From a virus (Duplodnaviria; Caudoviricetes), in IMG/VR virus record IMGVR_UViG_3300036791_001261, positions 1-57,395 of that record: a DNA stretch of 57,395 nt; one strand, given 5' to 3'. The translations under genes and the position numbers were made by a program. Positions 24,915 to 33,635 of this stretch are shown piece by piece; position 1 is the first letter of the stretch, and each line of letters starts with the position of its first letter. Below the pieces are notes generated by a model. The model did not search any database. It had not been told where the DNA came from and saw only the letters and a list, made by a program, of their open reading frames with translations.

Positions 24915-27098
24915 ATGCCAGGCGTTGATTCGGCGTACCTCTGTCCCGCGCCGTTCGAGAACCCGGCGGATAGCCGCGACTTCGCGACCGCTGATTCGCT
25001 GCTGGCCTGGGCGCGGGACATCGTTTCCGATGGCCGCAGCTATCTGCGGCTGCAGCCCGCTTATCCGTTTATCCAGGACGGGGTCGACCTAGTCAACGGG
25101 GAGGCCGTCACTACACCCATCGGCCTGCTTTCGAGGATGCGCACCGACCAGACCGTGCGCAACGCCAAGGAGCTGATCGCCGCCCAGACCAACATCCGCA
25201 TCATCCCCGCGTTCAAGTCGAACATGGAAGAGTTCAAGCGCCAGGAGAGTATTCTCAACAAATCCTTTCTCGCCTGGCAGGGGATGACGTTTGCGGACCG
25301 GCGGTTGCGTAAGGCCTGGCAGTACGCCTGCATCGCTGGAACCGGATACATCGGCACGCGCTATGACCCTCACTTCTGGTACAGGGGCAGGGGCGACATC
25401 GTGTGGGATGCCTACGGGCCGCTCGACGTGCTGCCGGTCGGCATGGGCCGCCAGCATGATATCCAGAAGGCCTACGCCGTGGCGCTGCGTGTCGAGACGC
25501 CGGTGCACGAGGCCTGGCGGCTGTTCCCGCTCTATGTCGACGAGATCAAGCCGGCCCGCGACGCCCGCGCCGGCCACGGCGTGGTCATCAGCCAGGCTGT
25601 CAAATTCGCAACGGCGGTGCTGCGGCGCTTTGGCCAGGGCGTGCGGTTCGAGCGCGAGGCCGCGCCGTGGGCCATGGTCGACGTGTTCTACATCTACGTC
25701 GACGACGACTCGGTGAACGATACCGGCGAGGTGGTCAAGATGCGCGGCCCGGACGGCATCTACGGCACCAGCTGGAGCTATGACGTTCCCTATGTCGGCC
25801 AGGAGGTTCCCATCGGCGACGGAAAATTCCGCAAGGCTACGCGCGAAGACTGCCTGCTCTATCCCAACCGCCGACTGGTAATCGCGGTGGGCACCGACCT
25901 GTTGGGCGTGGTCGTCAATCCCGATCCGACGTGCCAGGCCTCGCCCAATTGGCACGCCAAGGTGCCGGTCGCGCAACTGCGGGCGGACGACTGGGCCTGG
26001 AACTTTCTGGGCTTTCCGATCACGCGCTACGGGCAGTCGCTCGAGAAGGCCTCGATCGAGATGTGGCGCGGCATGATCGACGCCATGAACGCGCGCCTGT
26101 CGCCGCCGCGCGGTTTTGATCGCAACAGCCAGGCCGCCGCCCTCGCCCAAACGATCAACACCCGAATTCCCAACCAGGTCGTCGGCCTCGATCTGTCGCT
26201 CGTGCCGCTCGCGCAGCAGATGGGCCCGCTGCTGCCATTTCAGTGGTATGAGTATCCCGCCCACTATTTGCAGGCGCAGCAGATGCTGCAGGCGATGATC
26301 AAAGACCAGATGGGCGTAGCGGATGCTTCCGCCATGGCGCGTGCGCGGCAGCTTCCCTCCGGCGACTCGGTCGAGAAGATCATGGAGCAGCTCGGCCCGC
26401 TGATCAAAGACCAGTCGCGCAACATGGAGGAATCCATCCGCTCGCTGGGCGAGCAGTGGAAATCAAGCTTTTTCCAGTTCTACACCGCCGCCCGGAGAAT
26501 GCAGATGCTCGGCCCCGAAGGCCTGGCCGACGAGGACTTCGACTACCGCCCCGGCACGCTGATTCCCTACGCCAATGACGAGGACTGGAAGTCCACCGGC
26601 GCGCCGGATCTCAAAAGCGTCGAGATGCGCCGCAAGTTCGGGGCCCCGGAAGAATGGGAGGCCTACTTTGCGCGCGGCGAAATCGTTCCGCAATTCGAGC
26701 GGGCCCGCTGGCACAAGGACAACTTCAACTTCACTGTTACGCCGTATTCGTTGCACGAATTCAATTCCGTTTCGCGCAAGCTGTTCTACATCCAGTTGCA
26801 GTCGCGCGGGTTCCCCATCGATCCTTGGACCCTCGCCGAGCTGTTCGACATCCGCAATTTCGGCGAGGTGCCCATGATTCCCGATCCCAACACGGGCGAG
26901 CTGCGCAGGGCGCAAACCATCATCGAGCGGTGGCTGGCCTGGATGCAGATGCAGGCCCGCATTCAGCAGTCGATCGGCGGCGGACAGGGTGGTGGCGGAG
27001 GGAAAGGAAAACCGGGACGGCCGCCCACGGCGCAGCAGCCGCCCACCATGGAGAACAAAGGAGGAGTGCGTCCGATTGTCCGGGAAAGCAAACGTTAG
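24915..27098 (+). CDS. Portal protein
   Basis: 727 aa after terL; AWQYACIAGTGYI..YD pattern; P22/T7-like size; G/Q-rich tail. Confidence 0.8.
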   Translation: MPGVDSAYLCPAPFENPADSRDFATADSLLAWARDIVSDGRSYLRLQPAYPFIQDGVDLVNGEAVTTPIGLLSRMRTDQTVRNAKELIAAQTNIRIIPAFKSNMEEFKRQESILNKSFLAWQGMTFADRRLRKAWQYACIAGTGYIGTRYDPHFWYRGRGDIVWDAYGPLDVLPVGMGRQHDIQKAYAVALRVETPVHEAWRLFPLYVDEIKPARDARAGHGVVISQAVKFATAVLRRFGQGVRFEREAAPWAMVDVFYIYVDDDSVNDTGEVVKMRGPDGIYGTSWSYDVPYVGQEVPIGDGKFRKATREDCLLYPNRRLVIAVGTDLLGVVVNPDPTCQASPNWHAKVPVAQLRADDWAWNFLGFPITRYGQSLEKASIEMWRGMIDAMNARLSPPRGFDRNSQAAALAQTINTRIPNQVVGLDLSLVPLAQQMGPLLPFQWYEYPAHYLQAQQMLQAMIKDQMGVADASAMARARQLPSGDSVEKIMEQLGPLIKDQSRNMEESIRSLGEQWKSSFFQFYTAARRMQMLGPEGLADEDFDYRPGTLIPYANDEDWKSTGAPDLKSVEMRRKFGAPEEWEAYFARGEIVPQFERARWHKDNFNFTVTPYSLHEFNSVSRKLFYIQLQSRGFPIDPWTLAELFDIRNFGEVPMIPDPNTGELRRAQTIIERWLAWMQMQARIQQSIGGGQGGGGGKGKPGRPPTAQQPPTMENKGGVRPIVRESKR

Positions 27099-27107
27099 GA
27101 GGAAGCG

Positions 27108-27269
27108 ATGCCATCCGAGACCGTTATGCACGAATTCAAGCATGGCCGCCTTCGGTCAGGGTCGAAGCGCGGGCCCAAGGTCAAGTCGCGCAAGCAGGCG
27201 ATCGCGATCATGCTCTCCGAACGCCGCAAAGAGGGCAAGCGCGGTGCGAAGTCGAAGCGTCGATCTTAA
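27108..27269 (+). CDS. DUF6496-like small basic protein (53 aa)
   Basis: Manually translated MPSETVMHEFKHGRLRSGSKRGPKVKSRKQAIAIMLSERRKEGKRGAKSKRRS; AGGAGG RBS. Confidence 0.8.
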   Translation: MPSETVMHEFKHGRLRSGSKRGPKVKSRKQAIAIMLSERRKEGKRGAKSKRRS

Positions 27270-27294
27270 CGGTTTGCTTCAATCACTCGCGGGC

Positions 27295-27471
27295 ATGCCG
27301 GGCGCGCACACCGAAACTCACGAGAGCGTGCGCTTCGAGGCGGCCGGCCTCAAAGAAGCCGTGGAATCCATCAAGCGGCTGCAGGGCACGGGCGCCCTCA
27401 CGATTCACTTCAGTGAAGGCAGGCCCAACGGCATGGCGGAGTGGAAGACCTCCCAGCGCGCCAAGCCTTGA
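27295..27471 (+). CDS. Small hypothetical protein (start uncertain)
   Basis: GTGALTIHFSEG beta-hairpin-like segment; fills the gap before the promoter. Confidence 0.45.
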   Translation: MPGAHTETHESVRFEAAGLKEAVESIKRLQGTGALTIHFSEGRPNGMAEWKTSQRAKP

Positions 27472-27497
27472 CAACTCCCGTGTTCCATACGTATAGT
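27468..27497 (+). promoter_or_regulatory. Sigma70-type promoter for the head operon
   Basis: TTGACA-N18-TATAGT. Confidence 0.65.
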
Positions 27498-27545
27498 CCT
27501 CCCTAGGAACGGTAAACCAGCCCCGAAAGTTTTTTCGGTTAGCCC

Positions 27546-27608
27546 AGGCCCGTTGCCTCCCGGTTTTTTACCATCATTCACCGGGACGGCAGCGGGCCTT
27601 TTGCTTTT
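27546..27608 (+). terminator. Long GC-rich hairpin + U-rich tract (terminator/attenuator)
   Basis: AGGCCCGTTGCC-TCCCGGT pairs with ACCGGGA-C-GGCAGCGGGCCT, followed by TTTGCTTTTT. Confidence 0.7.
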
Positions 27609-27676
27609 TGGGGTGGTTTATCTACTCGCGAGTACCGATAGCCGCGCCGAGCGGCGGTCGGAGAAAGGAGTGATGC

Positions 27677-27748
27677 ATGCTGGGCACCTTCGAGGTTGCA
27701 AATCGCGGCGGCCGCCGTGGCCGACACCGTGGCCGCAAGCGGCGCTAG
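27677..27748 (+). CDS. 23-aa Arg-rich peptide
   Basis: MLGTFEVANRGGRRGRHRGRKRR; AAAGGAG 6 nt upstream; followed by a cUUCGg hairpin. Confidence 0.6.
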   Translation: MLGTFEVANRGGRRGRHRGRKRR

Positions 27749-27832
27749 CGCGGCTCCCAGGGGCCGGGCTTCGGCGCGGCCTCTTGACTTTAACTTTGGC
27801 CCGTAACTAAACGGCAAGGAGAGATTGCCCGC

Positions 27833-28201
27833 ATGGCTCCTTCTGGACTGCGGTCTCCCGACGACACGCCCAGGCCTCCTGGCGGAACCGCACCTGGTCC
27901 CGCCTCCCTGGCGGGGATGACCGGCGGAGAAGGAGGCGGCTCCCCGGAAAACCCCGCGACCCCGGAAGGCGGCGGTCCCGGTGGTGGGATGAGCGGCATG
28001 CTCGGGCAAGGCTTGCAGCAGGTCATGCAGACCGAAATGATGCTCGGCCAGTTGGCCAGCCAATTCCCGGCGACGGCTCCCGCTTTAAGGCGGGCCCGAA
28101 CCGGACTGCAGGACGCTGGTGAAGCCCTCCGCGCCGCGTTGCGGCAAATCATGACAAACCCCGGTCAGCCTGAGCCTCCCTCCCCCGCCATTGGCGGATA
28201 A
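27833..28201 (+). CDS. Gly/Pro-rich hypothetical head-associated protein
   Basis: AAGGAG upstream; between portal and scaffold. Confidence 0.65.
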   Translation: MAPSGLRSPDDTPRPPGGTAPGPASLAGMTGGEGGGSPENPATPEGGGPGGGMSGMLGQGLQQVMQTEMMLGQLASQFPATAPALRRARTGLQDAGEALRAALRQIMTNPGQPEPPSPAIGG

Positions 28202-28275
28202 AGGCGGGAACAAGCCGGGCGTCCGTGGTGGGTCCGAGTCAGCAGCCGGGAAACCGACTGACAGAGGAACAGGCA

Positions 28276-29313
28276 ATGCCGGTGGATAAAGAAGCGTTGA
28301 AGGATGCGATCCGGGAAGCGGCGGGGGAAGACGGGGAGCTGTACGCGTTCCTCGAGCAGAAGATGCTGGCCAACGACAAGATCGCCACGCAGTTCCTGGG
28401 CGGCTTCATGCGCAACAAAGACTACACCCAAAAAAATCAGGCCCTGGCGACCGACCGGCAGACCATAGAGGCCGACCGCAAAACGATGGAAGACAAGATG
28501 GAACAGTTCCGCCAGCTGCTCGAAGCCGCCGAGGTGGAGAAAGCCAAGGTGCTCAAGGACCTGGCCCAGCACAAGATCGACGTCGCCACGTCCCAGGCGC
28601 GGCTCAAGCACATCAAGCAGACCTACCAGCTCAGCGACGACGACATTCCCAACATTCCCGATCAGATCGAAACCTTTCAGACGAGGAGGCCCGTGGATAC
28701 TTCGACCGATATCGACACCAAGCTCGCGGACTTCAAGAAAGACTTTAAGGACGACATCACCAAGTACCTCGCCGAGAAGCTGGTGCCCGAGCTGGGCGGC
28801 ATGGCGCAGCTCGATATCATCTGGGCGGACATCCGCGACCAGCACCGGGAATTGACCGGCAAGCGCATGAGCGCGAAAGAGGCCCAGGAGCTGTTCAACG
28901 AGGCCGACCGGCGCGGGCGCGCCGGAAAGCCGATTTCGCTGGCGTCTCTCTGGGAAGAGAAGTACGACGTCCCCGCGCTGCGCCAGAAGCATCATGACGA
29001 GGATCTCAGCAAGAAGCTGCGCGCGGACTGGGACGCGGAACAGGCGGCCAAGCTCTCGGAAGCGGCCCTGGCCGGCGTGCGGCCCGGCGCGATGGAGCAG
29101 GGCCTGCGCACATCGCATGTTTTCGACCACAAATTCAAGGTGCACGAAGAGACGCAACCGCAGGCTGCGCCCAAGCTGCGCGAGGCGCCCAGCGCGGCCG
29201 ACCGGCAGGCGCTCTCCGGGGCGGAGCGCGCGAGCAGGAGATATATCGAGCGGCGCGCGAACGGAATTCCCATGGGCGCTCCCGACGAGCGCAAGCCGAC
29301 GAAGGTGGCATAA
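28276..29313 (+). CDS. Capsid scaffolding protein (positional)
   Basis: Highly charged coiled coil immediately upstream of the capsid gene. Confidence 0.7.
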   Translation: MPVDKEALKDAIREAAGEDGELYAFLEQKMLANDKIATQFLGGFMRNKDYTQKNQALATDRQTIEADRKTMEDKMEQFRQLLEAAEVEKAKVLKDLAQHKIDVATSQARLKHIKQTYQLSDDDIPNIPDQIETFQTRRPVDTSTDIDTKLADFKKDFKDDITKYLAEKLVPELGGMAQLDIIWADIRDQHRELTGKRMSAKEAQELFNEADRRGRAGKPISLASLWEEKYDVPALRQKHHDEDLSKKLRADWDAEQAAKLSEAALAGVRPGAMEQGLRTSHVFDHKFKVHEETQPQAAPKLREAPSAADRQALSGAERASRRYIERRANGIPMGAPDERKPTKVA

Positions 29314-29316
29314 CGT

Positions 29317-30471
29317 ATGGCGGACCCCTTACTAGATGAGATAAACACGACCACATTGCCCGAAATCAACGACGCGGCCATCGAAGACAATTTTTTTCTG
29401 GCCAGCGTCCTGCAGGCGCACCTCCGCGCGAAGTGCCTCGTTCCCTTCACCGGCGGCGCGTTCACGCGCAACGTCTTCCTCTACAACCCGCTCAACGGCG
29501 GCGCGTACGCGAAAGGCATCGGCGGCTTTAACTTGACGAAGCCGCAGACCCTCGGCTCGACGGTCTTCGACCCCAGGTATTACGTGGTCATGATCATCGA
29601 GTATTTAGAGGACATCAGCGTCTTAAACACCGGAGACCTGGCCGTCTTCAGCCTGCTCGAGACCGACATGGCCAACGCCTACCAGACGATCTCGGCGATC
29701 ATGGCGCTCGACATCCAGCAGAACGGCCAGATCGCGCCGCGCACGATCAACATCAACGGGTGGGTAGAGGCGATCAACGACGGCTTCGTACCATCGTGGG
29801 ATGGAAATGTCTACACGACGTATGGCACTGCGCTGCGCAATGGCAATGTTCGCAAGGCCCTTAATGGCAACGTCTACTGGGCCGGAAAAGCCGATGGAAC
29901 CGCAGGAACTATTACTTATCCGGTTTTTAACGCCGCCTACAACCTGGCCAAAAGAGGCACAGACGAACCGGATCTTTTTTGCGCTAACAAGCCGTTCGTC
30001 TCCTTTGTCGAAAACCGCATCCAGCCTCAGCAGCGCTTCGGGCAGGATACCGCCAGTGTTAAAGATCCCTATTTCGGCGCGGTTGGCTTCCGCTTTAAGA
30101 ACTCTGTCGTCATGATGGACGACTACTTCCCGTCCGCGCTGGGGTTCCCCTATTCCGATCCCTCGAACGGGGGCCTGGGAAACAACCAGACCGGCATCGT
30201 CCCGTACACGGCGCCGGCCCCGCCCACGCCGCCTGCGAATAACTTTCCGCCGGCCGCCATCACCACGTTGCAGGTCGGCGAAGTCGGCGTGTTCTTCAAC
30301 ACGAGCCGCTGGAAATTCAGGGTCTCGAACGATCAGGAGTTCGGATTCAACCCGACCGACTTCATCAGGGCACCGGACAACACGCGCGTGGCGAGCCAGC
30401 TCAAGGCGGCGGTCAACTTGGAATGCACGGCGCCGTGGTCGAACACGCAGATCTACGGAGTGAGCAGCTAG
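29317..30471 (+). CDS. Major capsid protein
   Basis: 384 aa; TTLPEI..AIEDNFF, INGW..AI, GFRFKNSVVMMDD patterns typical of HK97-fold capsids. Confidence 0.85.
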   Translation: MADPLLDEINTTTLPEINDAAIEDNFFLASVLQAHLRAKCLVPFTGGAFTRNVFLYNPLNGGAYAKGIGGFNLTKPQTLGSTVFDPRYYVVMIIEYLEDISVLNTGDLAVFSLLETDMANAYQTISAIMALDIQQNGQIAPRTININGWVEAINDGFVPSWDGNVYTTYGTALRNGNVRKALNGNVYWAGKADGTAGTITYPVFNAAYNLAKRGTDEPDLFCANKPFVSFVENRIQPQQRFGQDTASVKDPYFGAVGFRFKNSVVMMDDYFPSALGFPYSDPSNGGLGNNQTGIVPYTAPAPPTPPANNFPPAAITTLQVGEVGVFFNTSRWKFRVSNDQEFGFNPTDFIRAPDNTRVASQLKAAVNLECTAPWSNTQIYGVSS

Positions 30472-30480
30472 GAGGAAATT

Positions 30481-31110
30481 ATGCCCATCGGTGGCACTGC
30501 GTTTTTCGGACAGAATCAATCGCCGCGTATCACCACGAACTATCTCAATCAGCTGAACCGCCACGGTGATCCTGCGCCTGGCGTACCGGTCTCAACCGCC
30601 CAGGTCTCCGGGTCGATCGTGCAGCCCTACAGCGGCTTCGAAGGCGGCAAGCTGACCATCACCAATCCGTGGGCCGTGCAGTTCGCCGATCCGCAGGTGG
30701 GTCCGCTTTACGGTGGCGTCTACATGTACGTGCAGCTCGATCCCCTGGCCACCGTCCCGCTCGAGCGTGGCGCGCCGGTATTTTGGCTGAACGAGCTGCA
30801 ATATGTCGTTACGGCGGCAGGCACTACAGGCGGCACCCCGAACAAAATCGCGGGCATCGCGTTGAACAGCACGTCTCCCGGCTACTGGGACTTCATCCAG
30901 ATCATGGGGATTGCAATGGTGATGTTCACTGGCACTGGCTCGGGTGTAATCGGCAATCTGGTGGAGGTCGATGGGTCGGTGACTCCACCTTCGGTGCAGC
31001 CGGGTACGACCCTCAGCGAAAATACGATTGGAACGGCGGTGCTTGCCGCACCAGCGGCGGGCGCCATCAGCCCAGTGGAGCTGAACCTTCAGGCTGGTTA
31101 CAACTTCTAA
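30481..31110 (+). CDS. Capsid decoration/cement-like protein
   Basis: Follows the capsid gene; YGGVYMYVQ...AGIAL...GYWDFIQI.G. Confidence 0.7.
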   Translation: MPIGGTAFFGQNQSPRITTNYLNQLNRHGDPAPGVPVSTAQVSGSIVQPYSGFEGGKLTITNPWAVQFADPQVGPLYGGVYMYVQLDPLATVPLERGAPVFWLNELQYVVTAAGTTGGTPNKIAGIALNSTSPGYWDFIQIMGIAMVMFTGTGSGVIGNLVEVDGSVTPPSVQPGTTLSENTIGTAVLAAPAAGAISPVELNLQAGYNF

Positions 31111-31120
31111 GGAGGAAAAT

Positions 31121-31222
31121 ATGGCACGGCAAAGAGCGCGTCGGGCAATGGGTCGTGGAGCTCGGCGGGGAATGGCGCGCGGCATCCGCATCGGCCGGCG
31201 CAAGCAAGCGATGGGGCGTTAA
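31121..31222 (+). CDS. 33-aa protamine-like peptide
   Basis: MARQRARRAMGRGARRGMARGIRIGRRKQAMGR; AAGGAGG RBS; stop abuts the next ATG. Confidence 0.75.
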   Translation: MARQRARRAMGRGARRGMARGIRIGRRKQAMGR

Positions 31223-31576
31223 ATGTCCGCTACCGTAATGTCGCGGTTCTCTTATCCCAAGGTGCCGGGAGACTCCCTTTGGTCAGTCGCCGATGTCACT
31301 GGTCCGAACCCATACTCCCCCATTGTCGTCGGCACGCCGCCCAGCGGAGGTCAGGTACTGAACGCATCGGATTTCGGCCTGCAGTCGATTGATTGGGTTC
31401 AGTCGATGGCAAGCAATAACGGACACTACGGTATCGTCTGCGTTCCGGGGGCGTTCAGCCCCGGTAATCCCATGGCGTCGGTCCGGCTGATGTGGGTCGT
31501 CGCTGCCACGGGAGCGGAGGTCGGTGCGATTAATTTGTCGGCGTTCACTGTGCGGCTGATGGCCATCGGACGGTGA
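31223..31576 (+). CDS. Small virion structural protein
   Basis: GP.PY...GG..L....FGL...TGAEV...NLS..TVRL.AIG pattern. Confidence 0.7.
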   Translation: MSATVMSRFSYPKVPGDSLWSVADVTGPNPYSPIVVGTPPSGGQVLNASDFGLQSIDWVQSMASNNGHYGIVCVPGAFSPGNPMASVRLMWVVAATGAEVGAINLSAFTVRLMAIGR

Positions 31577-31577
31577 T

Positions 31578-31682
31578 ATGGCAAGGAAGACCGTGAGAAA
31601 AACGCCGCAGCTGCAGACGGCGGCGCATCAGTTGGTGCTTTCCGCCAATCGTCGCGGTGGGCGGAAGCGCAAGAGGAAATAA
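31578..31682 (+). CDS. 34-aa basic peptide
   Basis: MARKTVRKTPQLQTAAHQLVLSANRRGGRKRKRK; stop overlaps the next ATG (TAATG). Confidence 0.7.
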   Translation: MARKTVRKTPQLQTAAHQLVLSANRRGGRKRKRK

Positions 31683-32731
31683 TGGCATTCACGGACATGA
31701 CGGCGGAGCTCGTCGGGACAGTCCCGCGCATGTCCGCGCTACACGCGCAGCAGGTCATTCAGAGGGCCTGGAGCCGCGTACGCGATGGACGGCTGTGGAG
31801 CTTTAATTTTGTAAGCGACGCGCAGCTGTTCTGCCCAGACGCCATCGTGGGCGGATCGGTGTCGGCCACTTTCGGGTCGAAGGAGGTCATCGCGGATGCC
31901 GCAGCCGCAGCGGCGTTCGACGCCGTGGCGCTGGCCAATCCTCCGTTAGCGTCACCAATTCTCGGCGTTGGACGTCAGCTGCGGGTCGGCTCCATCAACG
32001 GCATCTCGGCCCCCACGGGCCCGAACTACAGCATCGTGGCATGGGACGGCATCGACACCATCACCATCGACCGGCCTTACGGCGAGGCCACGACCACGCG
32101 ATCGCCCTATCAGGTCTTCAAGTGCTATTATGCTCCGCCGGCCCCGCCGCCCTTCGCCAATCTCCAGCCCGACCTGCGCTTCGTGCGTTACATGGTGATC
32201 GCCAACCGCTACTCGGGTTACGCCATCTTCGGCCCGAACCTGTACTGGAACCAGGCGCAGCTCAACGCCATCGACCCGCAGCGCGGCGGGCAAGGTGATG
32301 CCTACATCGTGGCGCAGTACATGACCAATCAGAGGGGCGAGCCGGTCGTTGAGCTATATCCCAACCCGGTGCGCTTCACGACTTACTACGCGACCTACTG
32401 GACGAGGTGGCCGGATCTATCGGCGAACCAGGACTTGCCGATGGTCTCTTACGAGCTGCCGGACCTGGTTATGTTCCAAAGCAAGTGCCTGGCGAGTGAC
32501 TGGGCGCTGGCCAACGTCAACACCTTCCCCGAGCTGGCGCAAACCAACTGGGTGGCGTACCGGCAAACGCAAATGGCGGAATACAGGGAGAGCCGCATCG
32601 AGTGCTACAAGCAGGACGATGAGCAGTTCCCGCTACTGCCGTTCCGGCAGGGCCAGGGCTTTATGTTCCCCTTGGGTGGCCAATTCCTGCAGAGCCACGA
32701 TGTGACCTCGATCCTCCCCAGGGGCTACTAG
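31682..32731 (+). CDS. Head-tail adaptor-like protein with inserted beta domain
   Basis: Helical N-terminus, VELYPNP motif, helical C-terminus; position in the head operon. Confidence 0.6.
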   Translation: MAFTDMTAELVGTVPRMSALHAQQVIQRAWSRVRDGRLWSFNFVSDAQLFCPDAIVGGSVSATFGSKEVIADAAAAAAFDAVALANPPLASPILGVGRQLRVGSINGISAPTGPNYSIVAWDGIDTITIDRPYGEATTTRSPYQVFKCYYAPPAPPPFANLQPDLRFVRYMVIANRYSGYAIFGPNLYWNQAQLNAIDPQRGGQGDAYIVAQYMTNQRGEPVVELYPNPVRFTTYYATYWTRWPDLSANQDLPMVSYELPDLVMFQSKCLASDWALANVNTFPELAQTNWVAYRQTQMAEYRESRIECYKQDDEQFPLLPFRQGQGFMFPLGGQFLQSHDVTSILPRGY

Positions 32732-32744
32732 AGAAGGAGCTGAT

Positions 32745-32963
32745 ATGGACCCGAATCTTCAGGCAGTCTTACTGTGGCAGAACCACCAGACCACCACGCC
32801 TTTTATGCCGAGCCTGGGCGGGGCAGGCACGCGAGCCGCCGCCGATCCGGCCAAGAAGGAGGAACTGCCCGACCAGGAGCTCGAGGAGGTCGAGGAGAAC
32901 GGCGACGAAGAGGAAAAAGACGAAAGTAACGAGGAGGAAAAGCAAGGTGGCGAAAAACATTAA
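32745..32963 (+). CDS. Small highly acidic protein
   Basis: AAGGAG RBS; Glu/Asp-rich C-terminal half. Confidence 0.55.
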   Translation: MDPNLQAVLLWQNHQTTTPFMPSLGGAGTRAAADPAKKEELPDQELEEVEENGDEEEKDESNEEEKQGGEKH

Positions 32964-33156
32964 TTCATCCCTGGGTGCGAAGACATCCGGCCACATCGGC
33001 CCGATGCGCAGCCCCATGTGCAACAACCTCGCAGTCGGCGAAAACAAACTGAAGCTCAATCCCAGCGTTGCCGCCAACACGACCAGGCCCGGCATCGCCA
33101 AGTCATCCGCGCCCATTCGCAGCCCCATGAACGGGGGCAGCATAGTCAAGTACTAG
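32947..33156 (+). CDS. Small hypothetical protein with internal repeat
   Basis: PMRSPM / PIRSPM repeats. Confidence 0.55.
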   Translation: MAKNINSSLGAKTSGHIGPMRSPMCNNLAVGENKLKLNPSVAANTTRPGIAKSSAPIRSPMNGGSIVKY

Positions 33157-33223
33157 TGCGCCCACGAGGCGCACAGTGAAATGGAGCTGAAACAGAACTA
33201 GAGAGTTTAAAAAGGAGAACCTC

Positions 33224-33631
33224 ATGCTTTGCGACGTCACGCCCGTTGGAAGAGACGACAATCCGGTTGACCCGGACTTTGGAGTTCCTACACGTCCTCC
33301 CCATGTCAGCGGAGGACCGATTATTCCTCCGCTTCTGCCAGGAGTAAGCCCGCCTCCAGGGGTTGCAGTGCCGCCGATCCATCTTCCTGGTGGACCTATC
33401 GCCATGCCACCGATCTATGTTCCTATAGAGCCTCCTCCAGTAATAGGTGGTGGGCCAATTCTACCCCCAATACTATGGCCTCCTGTACCACCTGATGTTG
33501 GACTTCCACCTGGAAAAGCTGGGGTTCTTGTTTTAGTGTATTACAACGATAAGTGGCATCCCCACTGGTATGTAGTAGATACCAAGCCTCCTGATGGCGG
33601 AAAGCCGCCGGAAGCTGGACCGAAAAGATAA
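33224..33631 (+). CDS. Proline-rich protein
   Basis: AAAGGAG RBS; PPI repeats; A/T-ending codons. Confidence 0.65.
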   Translation: MLCDVTPVGRDDNPVDPDFGVPTRPPHVSGGPIIPPLLPGVSPPPGVAVPPIHLPGGPIAMPPIYVPIEPPPVIGGGPILPPILWPPVPPDVGLPPGKAGVLVLVYYNDKWHPHWYVVDTKPPDGGKPPEAGPKR

Positions 33632-33635
33632 CTAG

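Noticed and set aside
21722-26264. Long antisense and alternate-frame ORFs (for example 21722..23584, 25089..26264, also 2848..4389, 14906..16408, 7214..8374)
   Set aside because: Shadow ORFs of well-supported genes in GC-rich DNA; Arg/Ala/Pro-rich, with no RBS or motifs
27505-27600. c-di-GMP-I riboswitch (GGTAAAC...GAAA start)
   Set aside because: Lacks the paired P2 3' strand and the GACGCAAAGC segment; resemblance is superficial
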